Shown piece by piece: positions 50,083 through 62,159 of a stretch of DNA of 64,000 bases. The position numbers and the translations under genes are program-made. Position 1 is the first letter of the stretch, and every line of letters starts with the position of its first letter. The notes below the pieces were generated by a model. The model was not told where the DNA came from and did no database searches. It worked only from the letters and a program-made list of their open reading frames with translations. Origin of the DNA: Ancylonema sp. (lineage: Eukaryota); contig JBFLGF010000010.1 of assembly GCA_050230475.1 (NCBI GenBank), forward strand, positions 1 to 64,000, in the 5' to 3' direction.

Positions 50083-53000
50083 CTAGGTACTCGTGTTCTC
50101 CGCACTTTGCGGACTAGATGTTGTATCGCCGATTGTTTCTGTGCCTATAGAGTCTGTCGTGGGCTCCAACTCGTCCGTGCCAAATTCAATCTCTTCCATC
50201 ACAAAGTTATTGTTTGTGTATATACAAGTATCCGCTGCTATCTTCATCGCCTTCCTTGCTGCGAATTCACAATACAACAAGTCAAAATTAGGCAATGTGT
50301 CGATTCAAACTTGAGCAACTGTACATTCTATGCTTCCAACTCTGGTCATATCATTACAATATTAGATAAGCATTAGAGCCAGCAATGGGGTCACAACCTT
50401 GAGCCAATGTAATCTGATATACTAGTGAAGTTGTTCATATTCTCAATATATGAAGACGACAACAATTCATATGGAAGAACATTCGACCACCTGCACTTGT
50501 TGTGCGATAGGAGTAGATTTGATCAAAATTATCACCATCACCATGACAACCCCAACGCCTGAACACCGGATTGCCAATTTAATCACCATTTTTATGGCCG
50601 TCCCTTTTGATTTGTCAAAAAGCAGTCCCTTCAAATTAGTACCTTGTAAATGACAACAGTGCATGAAAGAGTTTCACAAGACCACGTGCACACAAGATAC
50701 GGTTCAGGAGAAGTACGGAAGCTGTGAAGGAGGGCTGTAGAGGCTCACCAATTGTTTCAGCGCTAAGTCCCTCAATATCAATCAGAGCTCGTGCAGCAGC
50801 CAAAGCATAAGGTCCGCCTGAACCAATTCCTATAGGGGAAAAGTTTTTCGACATAAGGAAACGACACAGCGTCAGGAATCGATCTTCCCCCTCGAAACCT
50901 CACAACCTGTGGCTAACCCTTCAGGCAGCGTCTCAGCCCCTCACGGAAGCAATACAAAATAATATGTCTGCACCTTGACTCACAGCCACCCGCAAACTCT
51001 TGAGTCTCACCAATGATTCCATCGTACGGCTCTAAGACATCCCCGTTCCCCGTAATTGTGAGGGAGGTGTCCGCATCAGCCACAACCAGCACAGCCTGCA
51101 CAAACAGAAAGGGATATTGGTTGCGAGAACGGGACTTTGTATACCAACCGCATGCCTGCGTGGCAGGTCTCACTCCATGATAGGAATTGAGAAGGTGAGC
51201 GCGTGTAGAGAGTGTGAGAGTAGATAAAAAAGAATTGGCTTAAGCCGAATCGGCTGGCCAAGGCAGCATTCATCACTCTCAAAACTCATGAATCCATGCG
51301 CTTTAATACAGCAGACAAAACCTGATGCGTTGCTAGTTTGGTAAGTTCGTCAGTTGGCGCAATGACCGGTTGGTACATTGGTCGGTTGGAAGATTGGTAG
51401 GTTGAAAATGGCTCACATCAAGCCTTCTCAAGAATTTATCTGTTCTCCACGCTTTCGCAAGTTCAACAGCAGCTCTCATCAGCTGAAAGTCACCGACAAA
51501 CAAGCTGAACCGTCCATTCAGGTTCAGGATTCGGGCGCACTGTAATTCTTGAGATAACCCACTTTAAGAAACAAGTACCATCTGAGCACAATGCTAACCA
51601 GGTCCCACTGTCATCCTCACTATTCGTTGTCATAAAATGGGACAATCATAGAGTGGCTGATCGTGACTGACTACCATACAGTCACATTTCCAGAACGCCC
51701 TGCAAGGTCGCTTCTCTTCTTATGCAGATTAAAAAATCAACATGTCAGTTGGCTGGAACTGTTCAGATGACGATATCTTTGTCCTCCGAGGCACTCATGA
51801 AGTAACCTTCAGGCCAAGGGGAGAGGGAGGGTGGGAGGGAGGGTGGGAGTGACCTGTCCTGCATTCACAAAAGCGTGATGAACGCCAGCATATGAGACAT
51901 CGGTGAATGCGAAGCAGCACTGTGGCGCACTTATCTGCACAGCATAAGTGCCTGATTACTCACATAACACCGCATGGAATACCTTTTGAATGCGATAAAA
52001 CATACTTCTGCATACGTGATATTCAGACTTGAGTACCTGGATGTGATTCTAGTCGAGACTCAAGACTTTCGAACAGAGTGAAGGCATCTGCAGTCGCTCC
52101 TGCAAAACAAATAACGAAAAATTGTGCTATAAGAAGTGGTACCGTGCACATCAGATTCTTGTTTCTTTCAGGTCAATCAGCATTCCCTAGAAGGTACCCC
52201 ACACGTCTATCGGCGCACAGATATATTTTTGAACCTCTGTGCAATCGAATGTGCCATTTTAGTGAGAAGAACAAAAAACAGGATTCATAGCAGACATGTT
52301 TTCCAACAGATGTTGTCCTATCATGTTTCAATGATAGAGTCAGTGTAATTACACGAAAGTACACCATGACTATCGACAACATGCGGCAGACTTGAGCAAG
52401 ACATAAGAGTCAAGTGTGATTTCTCCCACCTGCAAAGCCGGCAATGACAGCCCTGTCCTCCCCAAGCTTCCGCACCTTCTTCACATTCGGCTTCACAATC
52501 TGTGCTCCCATGGTCACTTGTCCATCGGCAATGATGATGACTTTGCCGTTCTTCCGTACACAAAGGACTGTCGTGCCACGCATGCCCAACTCTGCCGCCA
52601 TTTGGTAGGACCTGAACAATGAATCACCATGGCCGCCGGCATGAATCCCTATGCGAGAAGTGTGTCTCCTCGTATGCCAATAAATCACACACTTGACACA
52701 CTCTACAGTGTGAGTGAAGCACTCGTGTAACTTGTCAACCTCCACTTGTGCACCTGCCAAACTGCTAAGTACCGCGCATATGCAGATGATCGTTCTGGTA
52801 GTTCCCAGACGAAAGACACAGGGACTTGATGCCATTTTGAAGTCACTGACTGAAACACTATGTGCCCTGGAATTTTTGCGGGGGTAGTTATTTGTGTACC
52901 AAGCAGCAAAGGGAAGGGTAGTCTTGGTGCTAGGCAATTCCAAGTGTGTTAATCTCCAGACACGATCATCAGGAGCTTACCGTACAGAGGCCGGATTGGA

Positions 53001-53340
53001 GAAGCTCTTCTGTCTCTCATGATTCTGTACTGAGAAATCAGCGGTAGGCACGGTTTTTCCCCTACCAACTGCGATTTCAAGCAGACGAATACTAGCGTAA
53101 GGGACTCGCACAGTGTGAAATTATGCAGCTGGAAAGATGAAAGCTTCGGAGATTGAGGTATCATCGATAATCCCCCCCCTCCCCCTCATATCCAGTGAAG
53201 GCGATCACTTAACGGTGGATACCTCGTCCACATGTATAACCTGGGAGCGGGGGGGGGGAGCGGGGGAGGGAGATACCTGATTGCTTATTCCAAAGAATAG
53301 CGCGAGCGATGCAGCTTTGCCGCACTATGTTGCGAAACAT
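50083..53340 (-). CDS. hslV: ATP-dependent protease subunit HslV/ClpQ with N-terminal presequence; 9 exons, about 274 aa
   Basis: Exons 53340-53223, 53029-52981, 52611-52430, 52099-52037, 51858-51854, 51482-51417, 51095-51011, 50829-50749 and 50258-50083 total 825 nt in frame. Motifs [79 protein letters not shown]. The first-exon boundary is less certain. Confidence 0.95.
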
Positions 53341-55144
53341 ATTGCCAAGTGGATATTGGAACTCAATGTTCCGAGGGGATAGAATCCCAATACAGCACAG
53401 AATCAAGTTCATGGTGCTCCGATCTGAGGTGTAACTAGTATTCAGTCTTCTTAAGAGTTCAATAAGCTAGCCTGTGATCGGCCTCAAATTGACCCGCAAT
53501 GCATTCCTACACAGTCAGTCGGTGACTGCTCAACCCCATTTTTCGCACATGAGCGGGGAAAAGAAAGTGCAAACTAGGTACCTAAGATTCAGGTGCCGAA
53601 GATGTTCACTGGACGACTGCACGGGGTGCACCACGGTTTGCAGTGCTCTGCTCTCTCTCGCAGGCCAAGCAACAAACCATCCTCCGACAAAATAGCAAAT
53701 GTCACGAGGTTATCTTGCGGCAGGACATACTGCCTCCGTAACCCTATGAGTTACAATCTTCCCTCGATATAACGACAACAAAAATTGGGGATAACTATCG
53801 TTAAACTGACGTATCATTTTCCATTCTATAACGACATTCATTAGTGTCACTAGGTCGAGGGAGTTGGCAAATGATAGTTTTGCGAAAGATACGTTGAGAG
53901 GAATGAATATCAAAAGATACCTCTCCTCCAACTACGCAAAGATACCAACACATGGCACCATACACATACATTGACAGGAAGAGAGTCGTATTCGTGTTAT
54001 TGATTGTACTACGAGGCACCGAAGTACGCAAGTAGTTCACCATCATTGCAACTATTAGAATACAACAAACGAAAATTCTTTCGGAGACGTAAACATGCTT
54101 GGAAATACATTGACTTCTCGTCAAATACACTTCTTGATAAGGCTATACAGAGATTCCACACAAACACATTTCAAATTTGTACGCCGCATGAAAGAATGTA
54201 TGTATACTTCTTTGCCTCCGGCAGATAATCTTGCATTCTTGCAAGTTGTTATACCATACGTTGATGTTCCAAGTTGATCTCTCAACGCCCTCGGGATGTT
54301 CCCTATGGTTTGATCTCGTTGTCCCGGCCCTAGCTTTCGCAATGCTCGTCTTCCAGATTGGTTCCTTGAATTCTTGGAATATAACCTCGTCTTTTGCATC
54401 AATATCATCCGCTTTATGCTCATCGAATCTGTACTTCATTTCATTTACAGCAGTCCTCTTCAAAAGAAAAAAAACTTGATTTGCAAAGCATAGTCAAACC
54501 CTTGTGAATCTTGCGTACATATATACATGTACAAATATATGCAAATATCCTTATATGCGAATTTCCCTACATATGCCAATTCTCATTGAACACCCCTGGT
54601 TCTCCTTTGGGTGTGGGGAGAACGCCGTATAAAATTAATCGACAGCATGCTTTTTAGAAAGCATTTGATGAGGTTGAAAATCGAAATGGTCAACTCAACG
54701 TTCCCCGGGTGCATTCGGGTGCATTCGGTTTCAACGAATTAGAAAAACGGTAAGAGACCCGTTTGCCGGTAGCAATGAATATTTCTTTCCGCACCCATCG
54801 GTTTCCATACAAGTGCAACATATAATATGGTTATAAAACATGCTACACGTCATACAATGTATGGGTTATCATGATGGACCAATGCTTTTCAATTGGCAAA
54901 ACTTTGCAAAACTGACCTCAGCCAATTAGACTTGGTAGTTCCACGAATCTCAAGTTGACAGATTTTGCAGAGTATGAAGAGATTGCGCTACCGCAGTTAG
55001 CACCAATTGAAAAGCCAACCCACCACACAGATCCAGAGGGATACGAGGTGACAATTTCTTTTGCCCGAAGTAATTTCTGACACATGATGACTTCCAAAGA
55101 CGCCAACGCCAGTAAGGAAAGAACAGCCTACAAAGCTTGACACG

Positions 55145-57279
55145 CTACACAATCGCATTTGCTGCGCTGGCAATACGTGGCCACAGGTCAGCACACTCCT
55201 TAGCAATGGGACCAGTGATTGCAGATCCTGCAAGACAAGACAAAGGACTTAAAGTTCAGGCGACTACTGCTCTTGGTGAGTGTTCAAAGACGTTTCCTTG
55301 AAGCGCTTTCTCATTATACATGTTGCTAAACCACAATATTTTAAACTTCGAAGTTACCATCCCAATCTTGAGGACCATCACAATGAGGGGCCATTACATT
55401 ACTGATATTGCTTTATGCACCTTCGCTGTGTGTCAGCTGAATTGGACCCAACATGGGGGGTTTAGCAGTTTGGGCTCTCGGAAGTGTCAATGAGATTCTT
55501 CTACGAAGGCGACCAGACCTTCTCAGGCTGTTGGGACTGTGGATCGTCATTGAGCCTCTTCAGTATCCTCTCATTCGCATCACGAATGAATAAAAAATAT
55601 TGTTCCTGAAAAGAGTTTGCTGAATCTGTAGCTGCAATAGCTGCAATAGACGTACCTTTCATTTCTCCCTTGGGGTTCACAATGACACCCGCATTGTCTG
55701 CCCCGGACCATAGAAGACCCTCCATCAGTTGAAGTGTGTAAGTCAGTGGAACTTAGAGAGGTACAATATTGCTTGCCATGGCAATGGCAGGCAGAACAAA
55801 CATAATAAAAACCAGAAGGCAAGTTACTACTAAGGCCCTCAACATAGGACCCTGAAATAACCCCCCAGAAATAGCTGTAAAGATATTGACCTTCCTACAA
55901 CCATGAAGGAATATTGACTGCTTAGACCCAATCCACCCCATCCAAAATAAAATAAAATGTATGTAGGATCACCTTCGAAGTACATGAAGATACCCTCCTT
56001 CCTCCTCCAGGGCTTGCGCTGCCTCACGATCACAGCAGGCATAACTGCTCACACATGTTCCAACACAGAAGCTTCAAAACTCCTGAGTTTCCAGTGTAAT
56101 CAGATTATTAAATCCCTGACGTGTCACCCATCCACAACCCGACCACCTTCACCATCCATCCATCCTGACCTCCATCCATCATAGTAATCATGATTACACA
56201 AAGTTGACCCTGTATCAACGACGAGCCATACCTTACACATAGACTCTCTCCGGAAAGCTGACTTAGAAAGCGGACTACTTTCTCGTTTTCTAATCCTCTG
56301 AAAAAAATATCGCCGAAAGCCCTCGAATACTACGGCCGCAAGCTTCGTAGATACGCCTCGTCAAAGACTTTCAAATTTTTAACAAACACGAAGTCACTCA
56401 AGGACAACATTGCAAGAGGCATACCATTCCCACAATACAATCAGCATTTGTAATGACAGTAACAGCAAGTACGAAGCTTGCTCCTAGGCCCGTTCCCACG
56501 CGCTCCAAGACCCCTCACTGGAATACTACCCGTAGCAGTCAATAACCGTTAAATCGATCAACCACTCCGTAACTGCTTATCAGGAGCGCTCGAGCAAAAG
56601 CTCCCAATTTCGCGGAAATAAATATAATATCCCATCAAATGGAAAAGTCTCTCACCCTTCTTTCGCAAATCCGGCTTTCCTTTCTTCACAGTCGCCATCA
56701 CCATGTCACCGCAACAACCAGCAGGGAGACGATTCAGGCGCCCCTTGATGCCACACACAGACATGACAAACAGATTCTTCGCTCCTGTATTATCAGCGCA
56801 ATTCATCACGGCGCCGACTGGGAGCGCCAGCGACATCCGAAACTTGTTGCCCGAGGCTTTCGCCCCTGCAGATACAGACGGACACTGAAATAAGTCCAAA
56901 TTGATCTAACAAACAAATCTGACCCCCGAAATATCCACAAAGATTCCCCTTACAGTATCGACTCGACCTGGAGTACATAACACTGAAAAAGCCTGCGACG
57001 CCCATGCTCGGCTCATGACAGTCATATCAACCCAGGACCAACGTGTGTGACTCGGCGACAATTTCCAGTGTCGTTGCGGGATCCATAATTCTCGCAACCA
57101 AATTTGGTTCCGTATGAGGATACACGAAAGTACAGCTGGCAATCAACTTCACAGGGACCACGTATAAACCTTACGACCTGTTCTTAACTTTATTTTTAAT
57201 CAATGACAGTGAAGCTGGTGTCGGCTACACGTTCACGCAGTAAAAGAGTATAGCGCTGAGACATACCCTTGGTCGACAT
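55145..57279 (-). CDS. RPL23: 60S ribosomal protein L23 (uL14)
   Basis: Exons 57279-57267, (57177-57175), 56865-56656, 56044-55973, 55697-55656 and 55227-55145. [84 protein letters not shown]. Confidence 0.98.
55520..55586 (-). ncRNA. Candidate intronic box C/D snoRNA in the last RPL23 intron
   Basis: ttc-GTGATGC (C-like) .. CTGA (D') .. ATGACGA (C'-like) .. CTGA (D)-gaa with a 3-bp terminal stem. Box C is imperfect and no target was identified. Confidence 0.4.
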
Positions 57280-57488
57280 GGCTGCAGCACGACGGCGCTG
57301 CTTCCCGAGACCTCCGACAGAGAGGGCTCCTAGAAGAGCTTGCCAAAGGTTTAAGCCGGTTTCGCCGCAGTGCCAAACTGGTAACATTCGAAGCTCGATA
57401 TAGCGATAATCTTGCGGCGGGTTACATTGACGTCTCACTATAACGACATTAAAAAACCTGGAATGTGGGCACAGTAATGCCCTTGATA

Positions 57489-58031
57489 CAGTGATACTCG
57501 ATATAGTGACATTCACGATATTGTGACATTTTTTCTTTCCCTTTTTCTATTCCTATAATAAAACCCACTCGATATAGTGACAATCGCTATAGTGATACAC
57601 GTTATAGTGACCAAATTTCCAGAGATTTTAGTATTGAGAATTCACTATGAAGTGAAACCTGTCTAAATTATTGTTGTGAAAATTAATGACCTCCCAAATC
57701 TAATAGAAAATAAATTAATAAAAAATGAATAACATGTCTGAAATATTTTCTACCTGTCCTGGCATTATTTCTCTGCAGAGGTTTTATTGTAGCGAGTGGA
57801 TATTAGAACAAACGCCATATATATGACCTATCTTCTTCAATAAAAACCTATGCGCACCCGATTTGGTTGCTCAAAATAACACAGATTACACTTTCCTTCG
57901 ATATAGTAACATTGGCTCTATGTCGCCCTATCAAATGTCACTATGTAGTGTATAGTGACACCCCTCGCATTCGATATAGTGACATTATTTTCCAATGTCT
58001 ATAAAATTGTCATTATATCAAGAGTTTACTG
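57489..58031. mobile_element. pogo-like MITE with TA TSD, about 210 bp upstream of the RPL23 start
   Basis: TA-CAGTGATACTCGATATAGTGAC ... GTCATTATATCAAGAGTTTACTG-TA; repeated cgatatagtgac motifs. Confidence 0.8.
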
Positions 58032-58582
58032 TAACGAAATTTCTTCCCTTGAATCCCGCGATGATGTAATGCCCCGATAGTTAAAACCTTGTTGTAAGAA
58101 ATCTTTCCGCTTTTTTTTCCGCTTTCATAGAGAGTTAATTATTCAGAATGGGGTTCCCATCGACGCTTCATAAAATGAATTTCTCTGAGACTATAATCAT
58201 AGTTAGATAATTGGCGCTCGCGTCCAGATGGTGTACCCAGTGCGCCAAAATTTGAGCGCGCTCGGGTATGACCCAAAAGCGGATCCGACATCACAACACA
58301 CTCAAACCCCGATATAAGAAACCTAAAAAAATCGTAAAAAAGGTTTTATATGTTCAGATTAAGCCATGATTTCGACCGATCAATGTTCTTTAATTGAGTA
58401 CTGACAAAGTTCCCGACTTAGTTCCCGACAATGTTCCCGATTCTGTTCCCGACTTGGTTCCCGATCGTCTTTTCTTTCTAGGACAAAGTTCACCTGACCA
58501 CTTGTCTATGTCATCATTTGGTAGGCTACGACTCTTTCACGCTAACACGATTCTCGCCTAGTAGATGTTTCAATATCAGGAA

Positions 58583-60459
58583 GCGGATTAACTCAAAACG
58601 TGCTCAAAACGTAGAATTGTCCTGAAAAGTTGAATATGCACAAACTCCACACCCTTGATAGTGGTGGCCAGGTCTCCTCGCGTAATGCCAATCACGCAGC
58701 CTCGCCTATTCACACATGGTCCATCGGGTTAAAGCAGTCATGGTGTACTTGCCCCGAGATTGCGAGACCACACCAGTTTCAAATGTCGGCTTCTTTGCGG
58801 CAAATGAAGCATACCCGAAAACGTATGCAATTTGTCCCTTTTCTGTGCCGTTCCAATGGAGATAGTTGGAAGGATGTTTTCCGCCTAAGTAGACTGCCAC
58901 GTCAAAATCCAAATCGTTTATCACGCGCGAGATTTCGGCCAGCTCTCCATCAATGTTCTGCATTTTGGCGTTCGTGGCGAATTGAAACTCTTCTCGCAAG
59001 TGGACGCAAGTGGCTATGCGGGGATATTTAGAGAAGTAGAAACCGTTAACGTGCCCAAGTAGACGACCATCCTTGTAAAACATGATTTTTAAGTAGCACG
59101 CTTTGGCATAAACCTTATGCTGTGCGAGCAAACGGGCGACGGAAACGTTTTTCTTTTACGTCTCCCATACCGGTAAGATACGCGTCCATCGTGCCTCTTG
59201 GCTCTCTTCAGAGGTAGGGAGAGGCAGTTTGGAATTCGTAAGCTTCTCGGTATGCAAAAGAGATAGACCATGCGTGTATCTTCATTATGTCAAGGAGACG
59301 GCGTCGCGAGACGATCAGGGACTGCTGAATTTGTCAGAGAGCGGATTTCCCGGTAAAGTACGAGCGCAATTCTGAGTCATACTGGTTCGGTAGCGGCCCG
59401 GGGGAGGAGCTTCCGTTCGCCGAATTTCTGGGTACCCCTGCTTAATGTAGCGTAACGTGATTTTTTGCTTATTACAGTAGCTGATCTCGAGACCTTCAAA
59501 ACTCACCCTTTTTGGACGTCATCCGATAAGCGGAAGGGGTTTAAAACCCTTTTATAGAGAAAATTCCGTTCACTTTTGGTTCAGGTTTAAGCTCGGCCTA
59601 CATTTATTTTTTTTGGCCCGTTCACTTTTCGTTTTGAACCTTTATCTCGATGTTTCAGGCCGTTCATTTTCTGATTTTGAACGGACCCGTTCAATTTTTC
59701 CCGTTCACTTTACACTCAAATTCCGTTCACTTTCTCAAAATTTAGTTTGGTTACATTAATTCTCGGTCGCCAAATTTGAGGATTGCCAGCCGACCACGGT
59801 GGGCAATGTTGGGCGCGGTATATAATTTAAGCTGTCGCTGTATCGAAGAAACGTTTTCCAGAATTCGCCAATTCCAGAATTCTGGGTGCAATTGGTTCTA
59901 GTCCGGGTACGAAACCCAACGGAAATTATAATGTCGTGCATCGGGATCTCGGGATACTTACTCCCGGTTTTTTTACAAAATTTTCCAGATTTTTTTTTAT
60001 ATTTCTTCACCGCACCGTTCACTTTACACTGAAAAATCCGTTCACTTTCCTGCACCTCATTTTTTTCCGCCGTTCATTCGTTCACTTTTATTCATCTCGA
60101 GGAATCCTGAGGCCGAGCTTAGTCCGTTCACTTTTTTGCCACTAAAACGCCCGTATCTCAACCGTCCGTCATTGAATTTTAAATTTAAAAAATGCGTTTT
60201 GAAGCTATAGCCAAAATCTAACATCATAAAAAAAAAAATGGAGTATTTCGAGGAGTATATCGGAAGCGGCGGTGCGTCGAACATGCGCCGTTCACTTTTT
60301 TTCGGCTGGGAGTTTTCCCCCAGGGGTCGCGGCCGACTTGCCTTGGGTCACAACCCGCGGAATCCCCAAGGGAGAGGGGGGGGGGAGTACACCACACGGG
60401 GCCTCCCTTTCCCTCCCCGAATGAGCAGGTGGGACGGGGGCAAGATGGGGGATCACGAA
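58583..60459. mobile_element. 1.9-kb foreign insert in the 3' LTR, replacing about 70 bp of LTR
   Basis: LTR homology stops after ...atatcaggaa (58582) and resumes at gaattgatttagg (60460). The segment tccatttagg..ggagt of the intact LTR is missing. Confidence 0.85.
58610..59131 (-). pseudogene. Decayed trypsin-like (Trypsin_2-type) serine protease
   Basis: VNGFYF..IATCVHL (His), DLDFDVAVY (Asp), GQIAYVFGY..PTFETGVVS, then after a frameshift GPCVNRRGCVIGI. The G-x-S-G catalytic segment is missing at the frameshift. Confidence 0.65.
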
Positions 60460-62159
60460 GAATTGATTTAGGATTGTCGCCCAGTAGGCTATATCCTTGT
60501 GAGTACAAACTTTCTGGAATTTCCTACGGTACCGGATAATGTTGCGGCGCCGTTATCCTAATCAGAATGTGGTCCCCTCCTTGTCATCTTATTTATTTAT
60601 GCTTTCCCCCTATGCCTTGTCGATATCTCTGAAATATGACTAGACAATCGATGCTTCCCAATGTCGTACAAATCAAATGATGGTCCCCTTTATTTACCGA
60701 ACTTCCCTTGTTAATTATTAACCCCTAATATTGTCGATTTCCAGCACTCAATGCATTTACAATTAATATCTCAATACACCCCCTAATTGGAAATTCATTT
60801 ATCCCATATACACCCCCTTATTCATAAAACATCCCCACCCCCCCCTTTTTTATTGTACAAGGTGTTTTTCACTGCCCTTCTGTATTTCTCAGATTCTCTA
60901 AATTTTATCAAAAATTGTCACCACAACTTTGAACTTTTGCTTCTCCCTCATTCATTGATCACTCATCGATGTATATGCCTTTCTCCTCATCACTTTCCTC
61001 ATTCTTATTCCTTGTAGTCTCTGGATCCCATCCGTTTTCAATTGTCCTGTCACACCTTGCCACTAGAGTAGGCACATGTGTCGATCGCATTCGAGATGCT
61101 CGATACTTGTGCCTTCCTTCCCATAATGCCTTCAGCCTTTCTCCTGCCAGGGCCTTTTCCACTTCTTGCTCTGCATCAGCTCGCTTGCTCCTTCCAGAGG
61201 TATGAGAAATCCTCAGGGCCCTTCGTTCCTCCCGAAGTGCTATGTGCTGAAGTTCCAGGGCCTCCACACGCTACTTCGTCTCCTCTCTTTCTTCTTCACT
61301 CTCATCGATAAGTTCTGGCACGTCATCTGGCTTCTCCTCCCCTAGCTTGATCTCCCGAATAGACTCAGCCTCCTGTTCTTCCACGTTCACCACTCGCACC
61401 CCCGGAGTTTGCATGACTCGAAAAACTTCATCCACTCGCTGATTCACATCGTCATGGCTTCCAGGCTGCTGGTGCATCATTGATCCATCTCGAAACTACA
61501 ACTGTGCACGGAATAGTTTGGGGCTGTCTTGTCCGTGCTGATGTCGCTCATGTCATCGAGATACATACTTTCTTCATCGTTGAACACGTTGTCGTTGACG
61601 ATGTGTGATGGCAGCTCCGTGGTTGGTGGCAATGGCTCACTGTAGCCTGCTGCAAGTGCCCTTTCAGCAATTCTCCATCCCTCGGAGCCCCACCCAAGGA
61701 TGCACTTCTCCTCTCCATTCTTCTTGCTACAGAAGTCGGTGTGGACGTCGAGGTGGTCTCTCCCCCGGAACTCCTTTCGATGGCACACCCTCACGTCCAG
61801 GTACGCTCGGAACCGTTTGTCCATCGATGCCGTTGCCAGCTGGTACATTCGATCTGCCTCGACTCAAACTTGTTGAAGATCTAGAGCCCATGCTCGACTG
61901 AAGATCACCTTCTTGTATTGGAGATGATAGAGCGGGAAGATCCCCTTCGCCATCAATATTTGTGTTGACAACAAATTTATTGTCCCTCACGGAATATAGT
62001 GCACCCCACAAATATAAGTGATCATCTTTCCATATTCTCCATCCACTTCCATCAGAACTGAACCCACATGTGTAACACGGATTGTCCCTGTCATGAACCT
62101 GAGGGTGATTTATTTCTCGACACATTCCAATGAGTGGAACGACTCGACCTCCGTGCATA

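Noticed and set aside
53700..54600. hAT transposase remnant (ORF 54143-54463; CAGGGGTG-like end near 54598)
   Set aside because: No second TIR, TSD or diagnostic motif found; too weak to call.
11212..55147. Non-standard genetic code (TAG or TAA read as Gln)
   Set aside because: RPL23 ends with TAG at its conserved terminus, OPT ends with TAA at its conserved terminus, and the intact genes have no in-frame TAG or TAA. Point mutation explains the cases better.
55830..55930. H/ACA snoRNA in an RPL23 intron
   Set aside because: Two weak hairpins, but no convincing H box or ACA at the expected positions.
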